The translations under genes and the position numbers were made by a program. Positions 1-7,063 of a DNA stretch of 50,612 bases are shown in pieces. The stretch's first letter is position 1. Every line of letters starts with the position of its first letter. Under the pieces are notes generated by a model. That model was not told where the DNA came from, did not search any database, and worked only from the letters and a program-made list of their open reading frames with translations. The stretch is from Ktedonobacteraceae bacterium (GTDB taxonomy: Bacteria > Chloroflexota > Ktedonobacteria > Ktedonobacterales > Ktedonobacteraceae), in contig JAICIM010000001.1 of the NCBI GenBank assembly GCA_025928885.1, positions 1 to 50,612 of the forward strand. Direction: 5' to 3'.

Positions 1-28
1 TACTTGAGCCAGAGAGGAGTAATGGACA

Positions 29-2392
29 ATGGTTCCGCATGACGATTTTACCCCGCATGGCTATCTGGATAATCCCTATCATAGCTGGAAGCTCAATCCC
101 AGCGGCGTGTTACGCTCACGTATTCCGCTCGGCATGGGATGGCATGTACCCAACCTGGGCAGCTACGCCCGCAACCAGTTTCAGTACACGGCTCACCTGA
201 TGATCGGCCTCAAAATTGGCAAGATGGTCTTGATGATCCCTGAAGACTTTAAGCGTCATCACTGTACGATTGTGAGTCACCTGCATACGAAAAATCGCTT
301 TGAATATACCTGTACCATCCCGAAGTATCAATTGACCCTCACCGCACGCTATTTCCTCGTCAATGAAGATGCGCTTGGCTGCATTCTCACCTTCGATGCT
401 CAGATAAAGCAGCCTCTATCGATCACCTGTTATCTGATCCATATGCATACGCATAATCCCCACACCAGCCGCCTCTGGGAGCATGGCCTCTACGCTATTA
501 AAGGGCCAAATGAGGGAGTCGCTCTGCTTGGGTTGGCCAGTGAGGGCGATGTCTTTGTTCATGGCATGCGCTCCGCTGATGCTGGCCCACTGACATTTGG
601 CGAAATGGGCCATGTGGTGGCGCTAGAAGATGCCGCGATCTGGGCGCACGATATCGCCGTTGCCCAGCCTAATGTAACGGAACATGAAGAGAGTACGGGA
701 TGGCAGGCTCGAACGGTCGTTGTCCCTGCTACATTGACGCTAGAAGGCGATGCGACGGGGACCACGCATCGAGTCATTAATGCGGTGCTAGCCCGGGGCG
801 TTTCGCAGGATCTATCATATCAGTGCTGGCTCGATAGCATGGAGGAGATTGCGCGTGCCGATGCGGATCATCGCGCCGACGATGAAGATTTCTGGCGTCA
901 AGCGCCTCAGCTCTCTGGCGATTGGCCTGCGAGCTGGCGGCGGGGGCTGGTCTATGATCTGGAGACGCTGCGAATGGTCACGCGCCTCTCTGCTGGCGTG
1001 GTGGGGAGCAGTTATGATGGCATGCAGATACAGGCACCACGCCTGGTGCTGGCCGAGGCGGCGATGGATGTCCTCTTCTTGAGCTATGCCGATCCCGCCC
1101 TCGCTGCCGAAGTGATCCTGGGACATTTCGAGTCGGCTCCACGTCCCAATCTGCCCTGCATGCGCGAGGATGGCAGCTACAATATGGTTGCCGACGACGG
1201 GGAGGTCTGTGGCACCGCGCCCGAGTGGGGCTTCCCTATCTGGTGCTGCGATCAGTTGTTCCGTCGAACGGGGGATCTACACTGGCTGCGTCGTCTCTAT
1301 CCGGGGGTGGCCGCCTATATTCGCTGGTGGCTGGAGCATCGTCGTGATGCTGAAGGATGGCTCGTATACGAGTGTTCCTGGGAGAGTGGGCAAGATGTGT
1401 CGAGCCGCTTCGGTCCTCAACAGACCGGCGGCTCCATCATTCAACATGTGCGCCCGGTCGATCTACAGGCCAGCATGGTACAGAGTGCGGCAATCCTGGC
1501 TTCCTGGGCCGCGTTGCTTGCTGAGGCGTCACCAGATGATGCAGCTGCCGCACTTGCTGCCAGCGGAACCCCGATCGATTTTGCGGCGGAGGCGACGCAG
1601 TGGAGAACGATTACTGATGAATTCACCGTCAAGACGCGGCTCATGTGGCAGGATGGTTGGTTTCGTGATTACGACTCGGCAACCAAAGAGTGGTCCACCC
1701 AGCAGGATACGATGCATCTGGCCCCCATCTTTTGCGGCGCAGCCGGTTGGGGACATATTGAGCAGTTGCGCCCGGCTCTTGTGCAGCCACCTGGCCATAG
1801 CGGCTGGATGCCGCTTTCATGGCCTCCTGTGGTGATGACGCTGGTAGGAGCAGCCGCAGCTGCCGAGATGCCTGTTGATGCTGCCGAAATCGCGGCGCGT
1901 TTTATCGATGCCTCGTATCGCAGCACGGATAGTCGTGAGGTCGATGCACATGGCGGATTGCCCGGCGTGACGCGCGAATATCGGCAACTTGCCACGACTG
2001 GCAAATGGGGCGCTCAAGAATATGTGAACGCAGGCATTGAGGGTTATGGCTGGGGCGCACTCAGTGTGCATCTGCTCATCCGTCATCTGCTCGGTCTGCA
2101 TGCCACCGATCCCGCAAATCTAACTGTTGCCCCTGCTTTTCCTGTAGCCATGCGCCAACCAGGTGCGACCTATACCGTTGGACCGATCCCCTGGGGGAAG
2201 TCTTTGTTGAGTTTCACCTGCCGTGTGAAGGACACGCACGGCTATGAAGCGATTTTGCGTGTGCGTCCTCGTGTTCAGGAAGAGCCAGTCATAGTAGAGA
2301 CCGAGACACAAGCAGAGACAACCGAAGAGCAAGAGCATCAGTGGGAAGGGGTTTGGGGTCAAGGGCAGACCTTTGCGTTGGAGCGTCCATGA
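29..2392 (+). CDS. Glycoside hydrolase, (alpha/alpha)6 six-hairpin type (GH63 / trehalase-like, MGH1-like)
   Basis: 787-aa ORF with a GAGAGGAG Shine-Dalgarno about 10 nt upstream of ATG 29. The internal WESGQDVSSRF segment resembles the ESG(M/W)D.S.R(F/W) acid motif of GH63/GH37 six-hairpin hydrolases. No signal peptide is visible. Family-level call only. Confidence 0.55.
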   Translation: MVPHDDFTPHGYLDNPYHSWKLNPSGVLRSRIPLGMGWHVPNLGSYARNQFQYTAHLMIGLKIGKMVLMIPEDFKRHHCTIVSHLHTKNRFEYTCTIPKYQLTLTARYFLVNEDALGCILTFDAQIKQPLSITCYLIHMHTHNPHTSRLWEHGLYAIKGPNEGVALLGLASEGDVFVHGMRSADAGPLTFGEMGHVVALEDAAIWAHDIAVAQPNVTEHEESTGWQARTVVVPATLTLEGDATGTTHRVINAVLARGVSQDLSYQCWLDSMEEIARADADHRADDEDFWRQAPQLSGDWPASWRRGLVYDLETLRMVTRLSAGVVGSSYDGMQIQAPRLVLAEAAMDVLFLSYADPALAAEVILGHFESAPRPNLPCMREDGSYNMVADDGEVCGTAPEWGFPIWCCDQLFRRTGDLHWLRRLYPGVAAYIRWWLEHRRDAEGWLVYECSWESGQDVSSRFGPQQTGGSIIQHVRPVDLQASMVQSAAILASWAALLAEASPDDAAAALAASGTPIDFAAEATQWRTITDEFTVKTRLMWQDGWFRDYDSATKEWSTQQDTMHLAPIFCGAAGWGHIEQLRPALVQPPGHSGWMPLSWPPVVMTLVGAAAAAEMPVDAAEIAARFIDASYRSTDSREVDAHGGLPGVTREYRQLATTGKWGAQEYVNAGIEGYGWGALSVHLLIRHLLGLHATDPANLTVAPAFPVAMRQPGATYTVGPIPWGKSLLSFTCRVKDTHGYEAILRVRPRVQEEPVIVETETQAETTEEQEHQWEGVWGQGQTFALERP

Positions 2393-2413
2393 TGGCAAAC
2401 ATTAAGAGAAAAT

Positions 2414-2440
2414 CTGGGGCGGCATTATGCGCCGCTCCAG
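2414..2440. terminator. GC-rich hairpin between convergent genes (bidirectional terminator candidate)
   Basis: ctggggcggc / gccgctccag forms a 10-bp stem (one G-U pair) with a 7-nt loop. It has T-rich sequence on the + side and an A-rich tract (T-rich on the - strand) on the other side. It lies between the stop codons at 2392 (+) and 2468 (-). Confidence 0.45.
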
Positions 2441-2467
2441 AGTGTTTATTCGGGAAGAGCCTCTTTG

Positions 2468-3778
2468 TTAAGACGGAGGATGATAGTGTGACAGACAACG
2501 CTGCTTGACTTGATCTAGGAGGTTTCCATCAGGGAAAAGAAGGTTAGTATATCTTGGGCAGTGAGTTTCATCAGGTAATATGGTGTCTTGTAAGTTCCAG
2601 GCTGCTTTAAGTTGTTCAATGGTAATGTGAGCATTTTGCAAGTTCGCATTTTGTAGATCAACTCCTTGAAGTGAGATAGCCTGTCGAAAATCAGTACCGC
2701 GTAGATCTGCACCCCAAAAATAGACAATACGCAGCTCTAACCCACTAAAATCCACGTTCTCAAGATTGACACCATTGAAGACAATGATGGGTTGCACATC
2801 CGGCTCTCCATTAATCAGCTGTGTCCCCGCTAGAAAATGCACAAACGAAGATTTGTGTGCATCATCAAGTTGTTTAAGGGCATCATTGACGACGTTTCGG
2901 GCCTGAGATCTGACTGGGGCATCTACTTGAGAATGAGGGAGGTCGTGTTTAGAGATCAGATCGTTGATGTTTACCTCGTATTGGGTCAGGAGAGTATCCT
3001 GATTATGGGTATGCAGTGACGTGGCTGTGGTGATCCCAACTGCCAAAATAATCAGGAGGATTAGAAGGACGTAGGCCCAACGCAGCAAGAGAGGTGATTT
3101 CTTCCCTTGCACAAAAAAATGTGGCGGTAGGTGTGGCTTAAATGAAATGGGAGTGGCCTGGGGAGTAGTCAGAAGAGTTGGGAGACTTCCACTCTTTCTT
3201 GCGTTTAGAATCTCCCGAAGGCCCATGACCACATTGTAATATGCATCGTTGGGATGGTTCCACTTAGAACTGGTAATGGCTTCCGCATGTTCTGGCAGTG
3301 CTTGAAGTATCCGTAGAGGAGTCACTTGCCAATAAACGGGCGATACAATGATGGGAATCACAATAGCTTCCCCGCATTGGTAGCGTTTCAGGGCATGTTT
3401 CATCTCCTCATGATAGCAATAATCCGAGGCAATAAAATGGTGACTGACAAGTAGGAGAATAATCTGGGCCGTGTCCAAGCTGGTATGCAGGGCTTGCTCT
3501 CGGTCAGTGCCAGCTACTATATCGATATCTGCCCAGAAAGTAATATGTCCCTCCTGTTGAAGAGGGGAAAGATGCTCTTTGAGTTCATTCAGGAATGATT
3601 GATCTTCATGTGCATAACAACAGATGACTTTTATGTGTTTCTTTTCGCTATCCATATGAGGGCTATCACCGCCTCCATTGTGCTTTCTTAGCACGCCCTC
3701 AACGCATGAAATCGTCCGAGCCTTTCTAAAATAAGAGTGCTTGTCCAACAGGAGAGGGAATGCTCGTTCTCTTGCCAT
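2468..3778 (-). CDS. TIR domain / single TM helix / pentapeptide-repeat protein
   Basis: The N-terminal part (aa ~49-190) has a TIR_2-like pattern: KVICCYAHEDQ...GHITFWADIDIVAG...IILLLVSHHFIASDYCYHEEMKHAL, with candidate catalytic Glu 124/125. A K/R-flanked hydrophobic helix, LLLRWAYVLLILLIILAVGITTAT, spans aa ~230-253. The C-terminal stretch NGVNLENVDFSGLELRIVYFWGADLRGTDFRQAISLQGVDLQNANLQNAH (aa ~333-388) is a run of pentapeptide repeats. An alternative start is ATG 3655 (MDSEKK...). Confidence 0.75.
   Translation of the reverse strand: MARERAFPLLLDKHSYFRKARTISCVEGVLRKHNGGGDSPHMDSEKKHIKVICCYAHEDQSFLNELKEHLSPLQQEGHITFWADIDIVAGTDREQALHTSLDTAQIILLLVSHHFIASDYCYHEEMKHALKRYQCGEAIVIPIIVSPVYWQVTPLRILQALPEHAEAITSSKWNHPNDAYYNVVMGLREILNARKSGSLPTLLTTPQATPISFKPHLPPHFFVQGKKSPLLLRWAYVLLILLIILAVGITTATSLHTHNQDTLLTQYEVNINDLISKHDLPHSQVDAPVRSQARNVVNDALKQLDDAHKSSFVHFLAGTQLINGEPDVQPIIVFNGVNLENVDFSGLELRIVYFWGADLRGTDFRQAISLQGVDLQNANLQNAHITIEQLKAAWNLQDTILPDETHCPRYTNLLFPDGNLLDQVKQRCLSHYHPPS
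2484..2498. repeat. Left copy of an imperfect direct repeat flanking the TIR gene
   Basis: TAGTGTGA-C-AGACAA here matches TAGTGTGA-TG-AGACAA at 3942-3957: 8+6 identical nt with a 1/2-nt difference. This copy lies inside the last codons of the TIR ORF. Confidence 0.4.
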
Positions 3779-3941
3779 GTATGCTATAGGGAATATACTT
3801 TTCGAGGAATGAATATGTTATATAGAAATATTTTAATGTTTCTATTTTACACGTTTTTGGAAGCTCTCTTATCCCCCGGCAACTTGGCATCCATTGTGTC
3901 CTTATTCTAGCAGATAACTTCCCGATTCTTCTTGTATTCAG

Positions 3942-3957
3942 TAGTGTGATGAGACAA
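3942..3957. repeat. Right copy of an imperfect direct repeat flanking the TIR gene
   Basis: TAGTGTGATGAGACAA is in the same orientation as the copy at 2484-2498. It sits at the distal edge of the AT-rich TIR promoter region, immediately before the relic ORF. Confidence 0.4.
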
Positions 3958-4123
3958 ATGGATGGGATATAAGTGCTATCACATACAGGTGAAATGTCTC
4001 GTGCCGCCTGCTGCCTCTGATGCGCAACCGCTTGATCTGGATGCACTTTCGCGTGAGCCGGTGCAGCAGCAGTGGGAATGGGAAGGGACATGGGGCGAGC
4101 CACATGTGCTTCAACTTCCTTGA
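3953..4123 (+). pseudogene. Possible relic of the 3' end of a glycoside-hydrolase paralogue
   Basis: This open frame is absent from the ORF track because it is under 60 aa. It reads DKWMGYKCYHIQVKCLVPPAASDAQPLDLDALSREPVQQQWEWEGTWGEPHVLQLP*. It resembles the tail of the 29..2392 protein (..HGYEAILRVRPRVQEEPV..EHQWEGVWGQGQTFALERP*) in GY, EPV, the WEGxWG motif, a penultimate Pro and similar spacing. There is no Shine-Dalgarno before its ATG (3962). It ends 8 nt before the convergent CAP-domain gene. Confidence 0.3.
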
Positions 4124-4131
4124 CACAGGGC

Positions 4132-4899
4132 CTAGCTGACCATATCCTCTGTAAACCAGATGTATCCATCGGGATCAACGTAGACGCCAACTCCGACATG
4201 GTTCAACGTCTTGCTGAAAAGATGAATGCGATGCCAGCCAGTCGGCGGCTCATCGACCATCGTTTGCTGGATTTTCGCGGTCCCTTCCCAGGCGGTAGGG
4301 AAGGGACCGGCGTAGCCGATGTTTTCGCCGCAATCTGTATACCCGGTAAACCCCTCTGCTGCGATACGATCACACTGTTGCTTCCCATCGGGGCAGGTAT
4401 GGCTGAAACCGCAATGGTACATATTCCAGCTATGCAGGCGTGCGCCTCCAGAGAGCATTCCGTTCCATTGAAACGGATAGAGGCCGCTGGCTGCCCTATC
4501 GCTGTTAATCCTGGTGAACAGCTTTTGCGTTAGCTCGATTTCCTCTGTCGTGAGCGGTGGCGGTGATCCGTAGGGGGCCGCACCTGTTCCAGTAATGGGG
4601 ATGTTGGTTGGTGTGGCAGCTGTTGGTAGTGGTGTCCCTGGCGTCGCCTGCATGGTTGGCGTGAGTTGTGGTGTCGGCGGTGGCTCGTGGCCCTGGATAA
4701 CGATGGGAGACGGTGTTGGCTGTTGTGCAACATGCACATTATCACCGCTCCCACTATCGCCTGGTGTGTTATTTTGTGTGTCGTTATTATGCGTAGTATT
4801 GTTCAGCAGACGAGGGGATGAGCCTGTCTGAGATGTACATGCGGTGAACAGTACCACGATACTGAGCAATACTAGCAAAATCCAGCCAGATTTTCCCAA
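4132..4899 (-). CDS. Secreted lipoprotein with C-terminal CAP/SCP (PR-1-like, YkwD-like) domain
   Basis: The N-terminus has a signal peptide with a lipobox-like LFTAC (MGKSGWILLVLLSIVVLFTAC). A Pro/Thr-rich linker follows. The Cys-containing C-terminal domain (..INSDRAASGL..GENIGY..WHRIHLFSKTLNHVGVGVY) is typical of bacterial CAP domains. The start codon is TTG at 4899. Confidence 0.7.
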   Translation of the reverse strand: MGKSGWILLVLLSIVVLFTACTSQTGSSPRLLNNTTHNNDTQNNTPGDSGSGDNVHVAQQPTPSPIVIQGHEPPPTPQLTPTMQATPGTPLPTAATPTNIPITGTGAAPYGSPPPLTTEEIELTQKLFTRINSDRAASGLYPFQWNGMLSGGARLHSWNMYHCGFSHTCPDGKQQCDRIAAEGFTGYTDCGENIGYAGPFPTAWEGTAKIQQTMVDEPPTGWHRIHLFSKTLNHVGVGVYVDPDGYIWFTEDMVS

Positions 4900-5104
4900 A
4901 ACAACCTTACTCCTCCTAGAGTATTGACAATGACAATTGATCCTCTAGGGAGAGTAACACATACTATTTTTCTCTATGCGGATATATGGCGTCTTTTGGT
5001 ACTTTTGGGATTCCTTCTGCGGCAATGGAGAAAGTAATTTCAGAAACAGTTCTGCATTGAAATGACGGACCGCTGTCCCCAATCGCTACGCTATTTCTCA
5101 GCTA

Positions 5105-6037
5105 TTAGAAGCGACACGAGAGTACAATTGCGCTCATATCATCGGGTTTGGCGCGTACTGTGTTGATACGGTCGTGAGAGCGTTCTATGGAACTTTCGAC
5201 GAGTAAACGCGCGGTTGCAGTACGTGGCCCCTTTCTCAGAATCTCCTCGATTTCCGCGTCGGTCAGATTATCATGAATACCATCGGTACAGAGTAGAACG
5301 CGATCGCCAGGGTGAACGCTGACCTGATCGATGTGGATCGTGGGAGGGAGCGGGCCGCCAAGCGCCTGTGTGATTCCTCCCCTGAGCCGGAAGTAGCTGA
5401 TCTCGGTGTCTGATAGTTGTTCAGCGGTCGTCGCCTGATCGATACGGAAGGCGTCGGTCTCGTTAATGATCTGGTTTTCTATCAGCTTGGCCAGCAATCC
5501 ATCGTCGTTGGTGAGTCGTTTGAGCGGCTCATCGTCCCGGAGCAGATAGATGCGGCTATCTCCCACATGCGCGAAGACCATTGTGTAGTGACGCGTCTCC
5601 GGGTGGTGCGAGAATGCAGCCAGCGCCACAGTGGTTGCCAGATCGTCGGTGCCAGCTCGTTGCGCCCCAATGGTGCGTACCTGTTCGTCGGCGTCCCGTA
5701 TAAGCTCTTCGAGAATAGTACACAGATGCAACGCATCGCAATTTTCAAGCAAGGTAGGGATTTTGCGTTTCTTTTGCAGTTTTTCTAATATTTGTCGCCA
5801 GCGCTGATGGGTGGCATGGGCGGCTGTCTGTGAAGCAATTTCACCGGCTGCGCTCCCCCCAACTCCGTCAAACACGCCTACCAGTCCTCCTGGCTGGTCG
5901 ATCAAAATGCTATCCTCGTTACGATCAGGATGACGTTCGCAAGCGAGCGTCCGATGCGCAAAAATGAAATGAGGAAGCGTCGTATTATGATTATGTAGAG
6001 CGGTATGAATATGTCGGCTCATTCTATGTTGCGGCAT
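5105..6037 (-). CDS. PP2C-family Ser/Thr protein phosphatase
   Basis: Metal-binding motifs are present: RNEDS, VFDGVGGSAAGEIAS, VGDSRIYL and LLCTDGIHDNL. Confidence 0.8.
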   Translation of the reverse strand: MPQHRMSRHIHTALHNHNTTLPHFIFAHRTLACERHPDRNEDSILIDQPGGLVGVFDGVGGSAAGEIASQTAAHATHQRWRQILEKLQKKRKIPTLLENCDALHLCTILEELIRDADEQVRTIGAQRAGTDDLATTVALAAFSHHPETRHYTMVFAHVGDSRIYLLRDDEPLKRLTNDDGLLAKLIENQIINETDAFRIDQATTAEQLSDTEISYFRLRGGITQALGGPLPPTIHIDQVSVHPGDRVLLCTDGIHDNLTDAEIEEILRKGPRTATARLLVESSIERSHDRINTVRAKPDDMSAIVLSCRF

Positions 6038-6333
6038 CTTCGTCGCATGCTGCCTTTCAAAAGATGTTTGAACATTGCGTGGACGGGTCTTTCATTGCTG
6101 AAGCCCCGCACACATATACTATATACGAGTAAATTGTCTTTGCTTAATCTCAACATTTTCTTTAGATTATAGTACTCTGTACATACATGCTGTTTTGATA
6201 ACCATCCACTTTCCTGCTATATGTAGCGTTGCTCGTAGCATGATGAGCGAAGCCCTGCACCCCGGTAGAATAAGCTATGCATGCAAGTATAGCAGATAGA
6301 AGGATAAAAAGAAAAGGGTTTTGTCCCACCACT

Positions 6334-7047
6334 TTAGATCAGTTCGCTTATTCTCAGAAAATTCTCCAACACAATTCGTGTATGTCTCTGATAGATGGTG
6401 AACTGAGCTGGAAGTTGTTCTGAGAAGGTGTGATACGCCTCAACTCCGAACTTGTCTATTATATCACGTTGTAGCCCGCAGTGATAAAGCCAGTTATCGA
6501 GCATCGGTGTATCTAGTTCTATATGATATTGTAGACCATAAGTCCGCCTCCCATAACGAAATGCCTGGTTCTGTGTAATGTCGTTGCTGGCTAGCAGGAT
6601 GGCTCCCGCTGGAAGATCAAACGTGTCTTCATGCCAGTGTATGACTTTCTGATAGCCAGGCAAACCTTGATAGAGCGGATCGTTCTTGCCCTCCTCGTTC
6701 AATGGAATATCGTAGAGGCCCATTTCTGCTGTATGGTGGCGTTTGACTGTACCGCCGAGCACGTTGGCAAGCAATTGCGCTCCCAGGCAGATGCCCAGCA
6801 CCGGCTGTTCGCGCTCAATGCTTGCTCGTAGTAGCGTCTTTTCTGGTCCAAAGTAAGGATATTTTTCTTCTTCATAAACATGTTGCGCACCACCAAAGGC
6901 GATAATCGCGCTATACGGTTCGGGATCGGGCAGCCTTGCTTGATCGACGCGGATAACATCTGTAGCTATGTGATGTTCCTCCAGCAGCTCACCTATATAC
7001 CCTTCCGGGTTATCTTGCTCATGTTCCAGTAGTAGTATCCGTTTCAT
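6334..7047 (-). CDS. Class I glutamine amidotransferase-like protein (GATase1)
   Basis: The nucleophile elbow GICLGAQLL and downstream His/Glu (YHIE) are present. The start lies 16 nt downstream of the GH57 gene, so co-transcription is likely. Confidence 0.7.
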   Translation of the reverse strand: MKRILLLEHEQDNPEGYIGELLEEHHIATDVIRVDQARLPDPEPYSAIIAFGGAQHVYEEEKYPYFGPEKTLLRASIEREQPVLGICLGAQLLANVLGGTVKRHHTAEMGLYDIPLNEEGKNDPLYQGLPGYQKVIHWHEDTFDLPAGAILLASNDITQNQAFRYGRRTYGLQYHIELDTPMLDNWLYHCGLQRDIIDKFGVEAYHTFSEQLPAQFTIYQRHTRIVLENFLRISELI

Positions 7048-7063
7048 CCTGCTGGTGGCCCTT

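Noticed and set aside
3726-4199. 157-aa minus-strand ORF bridging the TIR start, the intergenic spacer and the 3' end of the CAP-domain gene.
   Set aside because: It overlaps two well-supported genes and crosses the AT-rich promoter region. It has no motif content. The only coding-like signal in this spacer is the + strand hydrolase-tail relic, which is reported separately.
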